64,000 nt of DNA from Candidatus Latescibacterota bacterium (GCA_965116885.1 OZ220741.1:2240001-2304000), one strand, 5' to 3'; counted from the first letter of the stretch, positions 28,576 through 38,696 are shown. Program-made: numbers and translations. Notes: generated by a model not told the origin, from the sequence alone.

Positions 28576-28596
28576 TCTCTTTTTGTGGCGAACACT

Positions 28597-28639
28597 GTCG
28601 CGTAAACGACACGCGATTGTAACACGGCGATGATATCAT
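28597..28639 (+). promoter_or_regulatory. Pho-box-type promoter downstream of phoU
   Basis: GTCGC 28597, GACAC 28608, GTAAC 28619 (11-bp period), 10 bp, then TATCAT -10 at 28634-39. Confidence 0.55.
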
Positions 28640-28645
28640 ACCTAA

Positions 28646-28702
28646 AGCACGACGTATTCTCCCTCTTGGGAACCGGCCCGCGACCCGGTTCCCATTTTTT
28701 TT
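28646..28702 (+). ncRNA. Candidate ~55-nt Pho-regulated sRNA
   Basis: Lies between a Pho-box promoter and a terminator; single-stranded CU-rich UUCUCCCUCU segment. Confidence 0.4.
28667..28702 (+). terminator. Intrinsic terminator of the pst-phoU operon
   Basis: TGGGAACCGG-8 nt-CCGGTTCCCA followed by T8. Confidence 0.9.
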
Positions 28703-28731
28703 GTCCCGAATTCAAATTCGGGGCTTTTTCG

Positions 28732-28760
28732 TTGACCCAAAATTGGTACCTGTGTATTTT
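28732..28760 (+). promoter_or_regulatory. sigma70-type promoter for the NUDIX-cox operon
   Basis: TTGACC-17 bp-TATTTT. Confidence 0.5.
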
Positions 28761-28809
28761 ACTATCTGGAGATGCTACTATATTATATTAGTATTAAAGA
28801 ATAAGGTGG

Positions 28810-29358
28810 TTGACCTCTTTGCCCAATTGCATAAAATCCGAAGCCCGGTTTTGCGAGCGCTGTGGGACTTTGCTGGTTGTAAAAGCAGTTGAAGATCGGG
28901 AGAGACCGTGTTGTCCGGCGTGTGGATTTGTGGCCTATCTCGATCCCAAGGTAGCAGCCGGGGTTATTGTCACTCTCGATGGTGGCGTTGTCCTGCTCAA
29001 ACGCAATATTGATCCCGGGTTTGGCAAGTGGGTGTTCCCCGGCGGATATGTAGATGCGGGCGAGCCTACCGATGTCGCTGCTGTGCGCGAAACCCGTGAG
29101 GAAGTGGGGTTAGAGGTCGAGATCGGCGAGTTGCTCGGCGTGTTGTCTTATGAAGGGGAGCGGGTGGTGCTGATTGTTTATACCGGACGGGTTGTGGGCG
29201 GAAAGTTGGAAGGCAATTTTGAATCGCAGGCTGTGGCTACATTTGCCCCTCGGGACATTCCCTGGAATGATCTGGCTTTTGACACGACGAGAGAGGCATT
29301 GCAAATTTGGGTGGCGCAGTATGGCGAAGTGTACGCAAAAGAAAGGTTATTATGCTGA
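28810..29358 (+). CDS. NUDIX hydrolase with N-terminal zinc ribbon
   Basis: FCERCG...CPACG; PGGYVDAGEPTDVAAVRETREEVG Nudix box. Confidence 0.9.
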   Translation: MTSLPNCIKSEARFCERCGTLLVVKAVEDRERPCCPACGFVAYLDPKVAAGVIVTLDGGVVLLKRNIDPGFGKWVFPGGYVDAGEPTDVAAVRETREEVGLEVEIGELLGVLSYEGERVVLIVYTGRVVGGKLEGNFESQAVATFAPRDIPWNDLAFDTTREALQIWVAQYGEVYAKERLLC

Positions 29359-30263
29359 ATTCTATTGAAGATGTTGAAGAGCGGTTTGCCGAGCAGGGTT
29401 ATATCACGGACCGCACATTGGCAACGACGATTTTTTTGGCGCAGTCGCTTGGCAAACCGATTTTTCTGGAGGGGGAACCAGGCGTTGGAAAGACAGAAGT
29501 GGCCAAAGTTATGGCCGGTATTTTTAATACCGAGTTGATTCGGTTGCAGTGCTATGAAGGCATTGATGCCAATACGGCATTGTACGAGTGGAACTATCCG
29601 CGCCAGATGCTGGAGCTAAGGCTCGAAGAGGCGCGAGGCATCGACAAGGCCGAAATTGGTCAAAATATTTTCCGCGAAGATTTTTTGCTCAAGCGTCCCC
29701 TTTTGTCGGCTCTTGAGGGCAGCGCGAAAAAACAACAGGTGTTGTTGATCGATGAGGTGGATCGATCGGATGAAGAGTTTGAGGCGTTTTTGCTGGAGGT
29801 GTTGTCCGATTTCCAGATTACGATTCCCGAGATTGGTGCGATAAAAGCGATGCAAGTGCCGTTTGTCGTGCTTACGTCCAACCGAACGCGCGAGTTGCAC
29901 GATGCGCTGAAGCGCCGGTGTTTGTATTTGTGGATTGACTATCCCACATTTACCAAAGAAATGGATATTGTGCGGTCGCGGGTGTCGGGTGTGCAGGACG
30001 AGTTGGCACAACAGGTTTGCGGGTTTATGCAATTGTTGCGCAATCGCGATTTTTACAAAAAACCCGGCGTTGCCGAAACGATTGATTGGGCACTGGCTTT
30101 GATGGCTATGCAAGTTGAAGAACTGGATCCTCAGATAGTTGATGCGACATTGGGATGTGTTTTGAAGTATAAAGAAGATATTGAAAAAATTCAGGAAGAC
30201 GGCCTGCCACAACTGATTGAGAAGGCTCGATTGTTAAAAGAACGCACGCAAGTTGGTGTTTAG
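29352..30263 (+). CDS. MoxR-family AAA+ ATPase (CoxD-like)
   Basis: LEGEPGVGKT, RLQCYEG, LYEWNY, LLIDEVDRSDEEFEAFLLE, HDALKRRC. Confidence 0.9.
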   Translation: MLNSIEDVEERFAEQGYITDRTLATTIFLAQSLGKPIFLEGEPGVGKTEVAKVMAGIFNTELIRLQCYEGIDANTALYEWNYPRQMLELRLEEARGIDKAEIGQNIFREDFLLKRPLLSALEGSAKKQQVLLIDEVDRSDEEFEAFLLEVLSDFQITIPEIGAIKAMQVPFVVLTSNRTRELHDALKRRCLYLWIDYPTFTKEMDIVRSRVSGVQDELAQQVCGFMQLLRNRDFYKKPGVAETIDWALALMAMQVEELDPQIVDATLGCVLKYKEDIEKIQEDGLPQLIEKARLLKERTQVGV

Positions 30264-30271
30264 GAGATCAC

Positions 30272-31408
30272 ATGCCAAGAACCATGCTGGGGCGAATTGT
30301 CGGTTTTTCAAGGGCTTTGCACAATGCAGGCGTTGAAGTCAATGCTGGCAATCTCATCGATTTGTGCGATAGTTTTCAATATATCAGCCTGCATAATCGA
30401 AGCGATTTTTATGCTGCTGCGCGGGCAACACTGGTGTCGCGCTATGACGATCTGGAGACTTTTGACGAGGTTTTCAGGGCTTTCTGGGCGCGGCCGATTT
30501 TGCCCGATGATATGACGCTGACCGATACGGATGCCGGTGGAGATCCGGATCTCGATGTTCAGGCAGATGTCAATGAGGTGGTGGATACCGCAGATTTGCA
30601 GGAAGAGGCCGATGGGGAGGGCGAGTCCGAGGAGGTTGGATATAGCCCCGATGAGGCTTTGATGGGAAAAGATTTGGCCGCAATGTCCGATCGCGAGATT
30701 GAGCAAGCCCGAAAGGTGATTCACGAGATTGTGAATATCATTGCCAATCGCCGCAGTCGCAGGCGCGTGCCCGAGAATCGGGGGGCTGAACTGGATTTCA
30801 GGCGCACATGGCGGCGCAATGCGCTATATGGTTCTGATGGTGTAGAATTGATGATGAAGCGGCGGCGCATCAAAAAGACCAAGCTGATGTTGTTGTGTGA
30901 TGTGAGCGGGTCTATGGATTGTTATAGCCGTTTTCTAATCCGCTTCATCTACGCGCTCAAGCGCGAAATCCGAGATGTGGAGGTCGGGGTGTTTTCCACG
31001 CGAATGACCGCGATTTCGCGACTGCTCAAAACAAAAGGCATTGAAGAATCGCTCGTAGAAGTGGCTGATACAGTACACGACTGGGCGGGTGGAACAGATA
31101 TTGGCGGGTGTTTGCGCGAGTTTAACGATCAGTTTGCGCGCGATATGCTGCACTCGCGCACTGTGATGATTATTGTGAGCGATGGCTGGGATCGGGGCGA
31201 TCCCGATTTGATGCGACAAGAGATGGCGCGTTTGCGAAAGCGCGTGCATAAGTTGATGTGGCTCAATCCGCTTTTGGGCACGCCGGGATATCAGCCCCTG
31301 TGTTTGGGGATGAAGACAGCACTTCCCTATTTGGATTATTTTTTACCCGCACACAATCTGGAGAGTTTGATCCAACTTGCCCGAACACTGCGGTCCGTTT
31401 GGAAGTAG
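30272..31408 (+). CDS. vWA domain protein (CoxE-like)
   Basis: LCDVSGSM MIDAS, WAGGTDIG, IVSDGWDRGD, WLNPL. Confidence 0.9.
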   Translation: MPRTMLGRIVGFSRALHNAGVEVNAGNLIDLCDSFQYISLHNRSDFYAAARATLVSRYDDLETFDEVFRAFWARPILPDDMTLTDTDAGGDPDLDVQADVNEVVDTADLQEEADGEGESEEVGYSPDEALMGKDLAAMSDREIEQARKVIHEIVNIIANRRSRRRVPENRGAELDFRRTWRRNALYGSDGVELMMKRRRIKKTKLMLLCDVSGSMDCYSRFLIRFIYALKREIRDVEVGVFSTRMTAISRLLKTKGIEESLVEVADTVHDWAGGTDIGGCLREFNDQFARDMLHSRTVMIIVSDGWDRGDPDLMRQEMARLRKRVHKLMWLNPLLGTPGYQPLCLGMKTALPYLDYFLPAHNLESLIQLARTLRSVWK

Positions 31409-31417
31409 GGGGATGTT

Positions 31418-32509
31418 ATGGCTGGTCGCGATGTTTTTCAAGAGGCTTTGACCCTGGTTTCACAGGGGGAAAAGGCTGCGTTATCGACAATTGTGTCGAG
31501 CAAAGGGTCTTTGCCGATGAGCAAAAAGGCCAAGATGCTCGTGCGTCCCGATGGCAAAATTATAGGTACGGTGGGCGGCGGGTGTTTGGAAGCCGATGTG
31601 TGGGCAGAAGCTCGTCATGTGATGGAAACCGAAGCACCGACATTGCAGAAGTTTATTTTGACGGAAAAACACGCGGGCGAAAATGGCCTCAACTGCGGCG
31701 GCAATGTCGAGATTTTTACCGAGCCTCTACTGCCCGATCGCGCAGATGATATGCTCGCCGAGATTGCTCGGGTTCGCAAAGTGCGCGGTTCGGCTGTGTT
31801 GGCAACGCTGGTTTCGGGCGGCGATCAGGTGGGTGCGAAGTTATTGGTCCATTCCGATGGCAGAACAGTGGGTAGTCTGGGCCATGATCTTGCCGAAGCC
31901 TGTGTGCGCGAAGAGGTGGCGGCTTTTGAGGCGATTCCGGAGAGTTTGCTCAAAGTTATAGAGATCGGCTCGGAACCCGTTGTGGTCTTTTTGGAGTCTA
32001 TTTGTCCCGAGCCCACACTGTTTTTGTTTGGCGGGGGGCATGTGTCCTTTGCCATCGCGCAGATCGCGCATTCGGTTGGGTTTCGGATTGTGGTTATTGA
32101 CGACCGGCCCATGTTTGCCAACAAAGAGCGGTTCCCCATGGCGAGTGAAACGCTGACGCTGGAGATGGAGACGGCTTTTGATCATTTAATTGTTGACGAT
32201 TTGTCTTATGTGGTGGCTGTGACGCGCGGGCACCAGCACGACAAGCCGGTTATTGAGCAGGCGATTAATACCCAGGCGGCGTATGTCGGTATGATTGGCA
32301 GCCGTCGGAAGATCGCATTGATGTGGAAAGAATTTGAAGCCAAAGGCATTCCGCGAGAAAAATTGGATGCGGTTCACGCGCCGATTGGATTGGATATCGG
32401 CGCAGATACGCCCGAAGAAATCGCCGTGAGTATTGTGTCAGAACTCATTCGGGTGCGCCGGTCACAGGGGAAACCCATTCATCGGGGTATGTCGCTGTCA
32501 TCGGTGTGA
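31418..32509 (+). CDS. XdhC/CoxF-CoxI family molybdenum-hydroxylase accessory protein
   Basis: GTVGGGCLE, CGG, LFGGGHV, DDRP, VTRGHQHD, GMIGSRRK, APIGLDIGADTPEEIAVSI. Confidence 0.9.
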   Translation: MAGRDVFQEALTLVSQGEKAALSTIVSSKGSLPMSKKAKMLVRPDGKIIGTVGGGCLEADVWAEARHVMETEAPTLQKFILTEKHAGENGLNCGGNVEIFTEPLLPDRADDMLAEIARVRKVRGSAVLATLVSGGDQVGAKLLVHSDGRTVGSLGHDLAEACVREEVAAFEAIPESLLKVIEIGSEPVVVFLESICPEPTLFLFGGGHVSFAIAQIAHSVGFRIVVIDDRPMFANKERFPMASETLTLEMETAFDHLIVDDLSYVVAVTRGHQHDKPVIEQAINTQAAYVGMIGSRRKIALMWKEFEAKGIPREKLDAVHAPIGLDIGADTPEEIAVSIVSELIRVRRSQGKPIHRGMSLSSV

Positions 32510-32643
32510 GGTTAGCTAATGGTTTATTGTCGGGGGAGAACAAGGAGGTGATGTAGTAGCGACATAGCTGAGAACAATTTATGTGAGGGGGATGAACGTC
32601 TTTTAAGTCTGGTTTTCGAAATTATTTCTGAAGGGAGTTAACC

Positions 32644-35532
32644 ATGACAAGATGGATAATCGCACTTGTTGCGATGTCGTTTTTATCCGCATCGGCAATG
32701 GCCGGGGTGACGGGTAAAATTGCGGGTCAGATTGTTGACAAAGACGACGGTGGCGGATTGCCCGGTGCCAATGTGGTGGTTCTGGGGCTGCACAGTGTCT
32801 TTGGTGCGATATCAGATACCGAAGGCAATTTTGTAATTTTGAATGTGCCAGCAGGTACTTTTGACGTAAAATGCAGCTTTATCGGGTATCGCGACGTGGT
32901 GATTAAAGGCATCAAAGTATTGCCCGATTTGACCACCGAAGTAGATTTTGTGCTCACTGAACAAGTTCTGGAAGCCGAAGCTATCGAAGTGGTGGCGGTT
33001 CGTCCGCTGGTGCAGAAAGACAAGACCAGCTCGATGCGCCTCGTAACCAGCGAAGAACTCGAGTATATGCCGGTTCGCGGGTATGCAGCGGCCACGTCCT
33101 TGCAGGCGGGGGTGACGAACCGGAACGGCACACTTTATATACGCGGTGGGCGGTTTGCAGAGGTCGATTACATTGTAGATGGGGTATCGCAGAAGGATTT
33201 GCAATTTGGCTCATCGACCACGACCCTGAGCAATGGTGCTATAGATCAGGTATCTGTAATTGTGGGTGGGTTTGAAGCGGAGTACGGGCGCGTAATGTCT
33301 GGCGTTGTCAAGGTGGTGACGCGCGAAGGCGGGCAGAACTATTCGGGTTCTGTGGAACATATCACCGATGAGATGAATGACCGCAGTTGGATCGGTGCGC
33401 CTTCTTATGGGTATAACACGACCGATGCGACACTGGGTGGTCCTCTCATTCCCGGGACAAACGGGCCTTCGTTTTTTGTCTCTGGAGAACGCGTTGATCG
33501 CCTCGACCGCAGCCCGAAGTGGGGAGTGGAAGTCCACGAATGGGAAAAAGACCTGTTGTCACAGGAAGAGTACGATTTGCTCAGCGAGGGCATATTGCCG
33601 CACTATACGCTCGAAAGATGGGGCTGGCAGGGTAAGCTCTCGTTGCGATTGTCCGACGAAATCGATCTGAAAGCCGGGCTTGTAGGCTCAAAAACGGATC
33701 GCTTGAGCTATATTCACTCGTATCGCTATAATTTGCGGCATGCGCCGCGTGTAAAAAGAAATAACTATTCGGCGTTTGCTCGCGTGACCTACACGCTCGG
33801 CGCAAAGACCTTCTTCACCTTGCAAACAAGTATGTTCGACCAGAATTTCAAGGCGGGCGATGGGGTTCATTTCGACAATTTGCACGACTATGCCCGTCCC
33901 CAGGGCAATCCGCGTTATGACGCGGAAAGTTTGTTTGCACGGGGCGATGTGGATTCCACTGAGATTACACAGACAACGGAAACCATCAATGACCGCTCTA
34001 TAACGTATTTTGAAGGCGATGAAGGGCGCATATATAATAGCTTTGAGCAAAGTAGCTCATTTTATCTTACGCCTATCGATTTTGATTTGACCAGTCAGGT
34101 CAGCCGCAATCACCAGTTCAAGCTCGGTTTTGATGTGCAGATGCATCGGTTGCGTTATTATCGTCATCTGGTCCCCAGTTTGATCTTTCGCGGTCCATTT
34201 GTCAGCCCAGATGACAGGGGTGGCTTTCAGGATGTGAACCGCTACGGGTATGATTACAACTGGAATAATCAGGTAATCGAGCCTCTGGATTCGACCCGCG
34301 ACGCGCTAAAAGAACCCATTTTGGCTTCTTTTTACGTGCAGGACAAGATGGAATACGACGGGTTGATCATCAATGCGGGAATTCGGTACGATTATTTGAA
34401 TGCGAGTACCGATGTGCTGGCGAATGAAGGTGTGCCATTGGGAGGCGATTCCACGCTGGATCCATCGGATCTGGCAGGCAACAGCGTGTATCACAAGATC
34501 AGCCCGCGCCTGGGCGTTGGGTTTCCCGTTACAGATAAGACCGTGTTTCACATGAATTACGGCATTTTTTACCAGCAACCCAAGCTGGAAGACCTGTATG
34601 TAGGTCTGGATTATCTGGAATACAAAGCGCCTTTGGGGGGATATTATTTTGCCTTTGGCAATCCGAATCTCAGGCCGGAAAAAACCACGGCTTACGAAGT
34701 GGGTGCGGTACAGCAGATGGGCGATCATGCCAGTATCGATGTCACTGCTTATTACAAAGCTGTGGAAAACCTCGTTCAGGTGACGACCATTCCGTCTGAT
34801 CCCGCGGCTTTTGCCTCGTTCCGCAACACCGATTACGGAACCATCAAGGGGTTGGACTTTGGTTTGCTCATGCGGCGCACAGGGCGCACGACAGCACGTC
34901 TGTCTTATTCACTGGCTTATGCGACGGGCACGGGATCATCGCCACAAACTCAGCGGCGGATCGCCTGGACATTCCAACCCGGCGTGACCGAGCCGCCCAA
35001 ATCGACCTCACCGCTCGACTTTGATCAACGCCACAAAATTTCGGCATCAATCGACTATCGCTTTGTAGATAAAGACGGCCCGAGGTTCCTGGGTGGTTAT
35101 CCGCTATCCAATGCCGGAATCAATGTGTTGTTCGAAGCTGGGAGTGGGTTCCCCTATACCCCCACGTTTACGTATAATGAAGTGACCACAGGGGCTTCTT
35201 CGTCACGTCCTTCGGGGCCGGTGAATTCCAGCTATGGTCCCTGGACATTCAGGACCGATATGAAGGCGAATAAGCGCTTCAAAATTATAGGGCTTCAGGG
35301 CGACCTGTACGTGTGGGTGCTCAATTTGTTCAACCGCGCCAATGCAACCAGTCCCGTGTATTCGAGCACGGGCAACCCGACGACTTCGGGCTGGTTGAAC
35401 ACAGACGAAGGCCGCGAATTTGTGGCTCGCTTTGGTCAACTGGGCGAAGACAAATACAAGCTCAAAGAGAAAAGCCCATTCAACTTTGGCACGCCGCGGC
35501 AGGTTCGCTTCGGACTCGCGCTCAGCTTCTAA
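32644..35532 (+). CDS. TonB-dependent outer-membrane receptor
   Basis: Signal peptide; GKIAG..LPGANV; YIRGGR..YIVDG; GGFEAEYG; ISPRLG; GNPNLRPEKT; PRQVRFGLALSF. Confidence 0.92.
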   Translation: MTRWIIALVAMSFLSASAMAGVTGKIAGQIVDKDDGGGLPGANVVVLGLHSVFGAISDTEGNFVILNVPAGTFDVKCSFIGYRDVVIKGIKVLPDLTTEVDFVLTEQVLEAEAIEVVAVRPLVQKDKTSSMRLVTSEELEYMPVRGYAAATSLQAGVTNRNGTLYIRGGRFAEVDYIVDGVSQKDLQFGSSTTTLSNGAIDQVSVIVGGFEAEYGRVMSGVVKVVTREGGQNYSGSVEHITDEMNDRSWIGAPSYGYNTTDATLGGPLIPGTNGPSFFVSGERVDRLDRSPKWGVEVHEWEKDLLSQEEYDLLSEGILPHYTLERWGWQGKLSLRLSDEIDLKAGLVGSKTDRLSYIHSYRYNLRHAPRVKRNNYSAFARVTYTLGAKTFFTLQTSMFDQNFKAGDGVHFDNLHDYARPQGNPRYDAESLFARGDVDSTEITQTTETINDRSITYFEGDEGRIYNSFEQSSSFYLTPIDFDLTSQVSRNHQFKLGFDVQMHRLRYYRHLVPSLIFRGPFVSPDDRGGFQDVNRYGYDYNWNNQVIEPLDSTRDALKEPILASFYVQDKMEYDGLIINAGIRYDYLNASTDVLANEGVPLGGDSTLDPSDLAGNSVYHKISPRLGVGFPVTDKTVFHMNYGIFYQQPKLEDLYVGLDYLEYKAPLGGYYFAFGNPNLRPEKTTAYEVGAVQQMGDHASIDVTAYYKAVENLVQVTTIPSDPAAFASFRNTDYGTIKGLDFGLLMRRTGRTTARLSYSLAYATGTGSSPQTQRRIAWTFQPGVTEPPKSTSPLDFDQRHKISASIDYRFVDKDGPRFLGGYPLSNAGINVLFEAGSGFPYTPTFTYNEVTTGASSSRPSGPVNSSYGPWTFRTDMKANKRFKIIGLQGDLYVWVLNLFNRANATSPVYSSTGNPTTSGWLNTDEGREFVARFGQLGEDKYKLKEKSPFNFGTPRQVRFGLALSF

Positions 35533-35547
35533 ATGGGAGATCAGGAC

Positions 35548-38500
35548 ATGAAAAGCTTTTTGAATATTTTGACGCTGGCTTTGATGAGCGTGAGCATGGT
35601 CGGCACTGCACTGGCTGTATCGCCCACGCAAAAGCCGCGATTGGGTAAAATTAGCACTGATCAATTCTTCGATGTGAACAATATTTCAATGAGAGTGACA
35701 AACCAGGGATCATTTGCCTTTGATCCCGCGACCGGGGGGCCGGGCCTTGAATTTCCCAAGGGCACGGGCAAAACCGCAGTCTATGCCGCCGGTCCGTGGA
35801 TTGCGGGCAAGGTCAATGGCGAGATTCGCGTGGCGATTGCCGAGTATTCGTTTGAGTATGCACCCGGGCCAATTTTGCCCGACGGCACGCCTGCTGACCC
35901 ACAACTCGACCGCTATCGGGTGTATAAGATCAACAAAGGCGATAGCATGGAAAACCCGGATTACGCGCAGTGGCCGGTTGAAGACGGTGCGCCGGTCAAT
36001 CCCGACGGCACGCCGATGGTGCTGGGCGATCAGACGCTGTGGGCGGTGTATAACGATGCCGATCCCGGTGTTCATGTCAATATGCAGACCGCGCCTTTGG
36101 GCCTTGAAATACAGCAGACGACATTTGGGTTCGACCGCACGGGTCCACTGGGCAATGTGGTATTCGTCAAATTTTTGATCATCAACAAGGGTGGCAATAC
36201 CATCGATAGCACGTATGTGTCGCTGTGGTCTGATCCCGATCTGGGGCAGTTCGATAACGATCTGGTGGGCTGCGATGTGGAGACCAGCTTTGGGTTTTGT
36301 TATAACGGGTCAAACGTAGATGCGCAGTACGGTTCGTCACCTCCGGCCGTGGGGTATGACTTTTTCAAGGGTCCGATTGGCGACGACGGTGTGGAATTGC
36401 CGATGACGTCGTTTAACAAATACATCAATGGCACGGATCCTCGTACTGCATTAGAGACCTATAATTATATGAAGGGTCTTGATCCAGATGGCGGCGTGGC
36501 CGATCACACCGATCCGATTACGGGGCAGGTGAAGGCTTTTATGGTCGATGGAGATCCGGTTACGGGTACGGGTTGGCTTGACGAAAACCCGGCTGATCGC
36601 CGCTTGATGCTCACGGCGGGTCCGTTTACTTTTGCGCCCGGCGATACACAGGAAGTGGTAGGTGCCATTATTATAGGGCAAGGTCAAGATCGTCTCACGT
36701 CGATTACGGCTGCGCGTTTTAACGATACATTTGCACAATCGGCTTTTGATGCCAATTTTGAATTGCCATCGCCTCCGCCTGCACCCAAAGTATCCGTGGG
36801 GGTAACGGGCGATCACGGGGGCAATGGCAAAATTCAGTTGACCTGGGGTGATGACTCAGAAGTCGCTTCGGGCGATTATGCATTTGAAGGTTATAATGTG
36901 TACCAGGGCGAGTCGGTTGCGGGTCCCTGGCGGCGTCTTGTGACTTATGACGTGGTCAATGGTTCGGCCATTATTTTTGACTATGAATTCAATGAAAGTG
37001 CCGGTGTGGTGGTCAATTCGCCCGTGCAATTTGGCGGTGACTCGGGCATTCGGCGCTTTATCGAACTGACCGAGGATAAAATTTCGGGCGGTAGGCTGGT
37101 GACGGGTAAAACCTATTATTTTGCGGTGACAGCCTATTCGTTGAATGAGAACAGGTCGCCCAGAACACTCGAGACATCCATCACACCTCTGGCTGATGGG
37201 CGCATGACGTTTAAGCCTCTTTCGGATGAGATGATTCCAGCCAATGGCATTGTGCCACGCGGACCCATTGCGGGTACGCGCTTCAATACCGTGGAGGTGG
37301 ATAGTGTCGTAGAGCACACATCGGGCGTAAGCGATGGTATTGTGGCTGTGGAGGTGGTTGACGATACACAGGTTACGGGCGCGTCTTACGAAGTGCGCTT
37401 CCGCGATACCGAGGCCGGAACAGTGTGGGATCTGATCAATCTGTCGAGTGGTCAGGCGGTGCTTTCAGATATGGAGCAGCACGCAAATATAGATGATGCG
37501 ATTACCAATCCAATTGTCGAGGGTCTGCTCGTGCGCGTGACAGGTCCTCCTCTCGGCATGAAAGATTGGGATATTCCATCGGGCGAGCGGTGGATAACCC
37601 CGGCGAATGCCAATCCCCATTTGGCTGGTTTTTCTTCTGAAGGCTTCGGTGGTGGGATAACGGGCGATGTTGCCCATAGTTGGTTTGGTCCCACGAGTGT
37701 GTCGCCTGCGCGTTTGGTCAATGTAGAATTGCGATTTTCGAGTGTGATTGAGGATGATGGCGAAGATCAGTACAAACCCCTTGACCTGACGAATCCCAAT
37801 GTGTCGTGGGGATATCGGTATTTGCGCAGTGCGGGCAGACCTGCACCCGCTCCCGATGAACTAACTCTGTCCAAAGTGCCTTATGACTGGAGTGATTACA
37901 TCGTCAATACAGAAGGTCCGGGTGTTTATGTGTATCAAGACCGGAGGCCCGTTGCACTGTCGGCATGGGATGTTGAAAATAATCGGCGTCTTGAAGTGGG
38001 TTGGCTGGAAAACAATCTGCCCAGCGGCCTGGTCAATGGGGCCTGGGGCCCGCCATTTTACGAAGATGTGCCCCATACGTTTGTCGCCCGTGAGTGGCTG
38101 TTCATTTTTGATCGGGATTATACCGAGCGGGATGATGATTCGAATTTGGCGGAGTTGTCTCAGGGCTTGATCAACGATGCGCCGGCACCGCCCATTATGT
38201 ATATCCTTTTTGTTAATCGCCGCGCGTTAGATCGGTTCCCGCAGGATGGCGATTCGTTTTTGATGATCGCCAATAAAATCAATACTCCCAACGATGTGTT
38301 TTCATTTAGCACGCAGGGGACTCTCCGCGATGATCAAGAGATGGCGGTGGAGGATTTGACAAAAATTCTGGCGGTGCCCAATCCGTATCTGGGACGTTCG
38401 TCTTATGAATTTAGCTCTCTTGCACGCCAGATGCGTTTTACCAATCTGCCCGCGCAATGCACGATCCGAATTTTCAGTCTGTCGGGCGATCTGGTGCGAA

Positions 38501-38670
38501 CGATTGAGCACAACAACGGTCTGTCGTTTGATACCTGGGATCTGAAAACAGATCAGGGTGTGCTGGTTGCCAGCGGCATTTATATCGCGCATTTTGACGC
38601 GCCAAATATCGGTACGCATTTTATTAAGTGCGCGGTGTTCATGGAAGCTGAGACGCTGAACTCATTTTAA
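35548..38670 (+). CDS. Large secreted protein with FN3-like domain and C-terminal T9SS-CTD/FlgD-like Ig domain
   Basis: Signal peptide; DVNNI..TNQG..GLEFPKG; FEGYNVY..YYFAVTAY; AVPNPY..RFTNLP.CTIRIFSLSGDLV..WD...VASGIY. Confidence 0.75.
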   Translation: MKSFLNILTLALMSVSMVGTALAVSPTQKPRLGKISTDQFFDVNNISMRVTNQGSFAFDPATGGPGLEFPKGTGKTAVYAAGPWIAGKVNGEIRVAIAEYSFEYAPGPILPDGTPADPQLDRYRVYKINKGDSMENPDYAQWPVEDGAPVNPDGTPMVLGDQTLWAVYNDADPGVHVNMQTAPLGLEIQQTTFGFDRTGPLGNVVFVKFLIINKGGNTIDSTYVSLWSDPDLGQFDNDLVGCDVETSFGFCYNGSNVDAQYGSSPPAVGYDFFKGPIGDDGVELPMTSFNKYINGTDPRTALETYNYMKGLDPDGGVADHTDPITGQVKAFMVDGDPVTGTGWLDENPADRRLMLTAGPFTFAPGDTQEVVGAIIIGQGQDRLTSITAARFNDTFAQSAFDANFELPSPPPAPKVSVGVTGDHGGNGKIQLTWGDDSEVASGDYAFEGYNVYQGESVAGPWRRLVTYDVVNGSAIIFDYEFNESAGVVVNSPVQFGGDSGIRRFIELTEDKISGGRLVTGKTYYFAVTAYSLNENRSPRTLETSITPLADGRMTFKPLSDEMIPANGIVPRGPIAGTRFNTVEVDSVVEHTSGVSDGIVAVEVVDDTQVTGASYEVRFRDTEAGTVWDLINLSSGQAVLSDMEQHANIDDAITNPIVEGLLVRVTGPPLGMKDWDIPSGERWITPANANPHLAGFSSEGFGGGITGDVAHSWFGPTSVSPARLVNVELRFSSVIEDDGEDQYKPLDLTNPNVSWGYRYLRSAGRPAPAPDELTLSKVPYDWSDYIVNTEGPGVYVYQDRRPVALSAWDVENNRRLEVGWLENNLPSGLVNGAWGPPFYEDVPHTFVAREWLFIFDRDYTERDDDSNLAELSQGLINDAPAPPIMYILFVNRRALDRFPQDGDSFLMIANKINTPNDVFSFSTQGTLRDDQEMAVEDLTKILAVPNPYLGRSSYEFSSLARQMRFTNLPAQCTIRIFSLSGDLVRTIEHNNGLSFDTWDLKTDQGVLVASGIYIAHFDAPNIGTHFIKCAVFMEAETLNSF

Positions 38671-38696
38671 CGAACCGCTGAATGGAGGAATAACTT

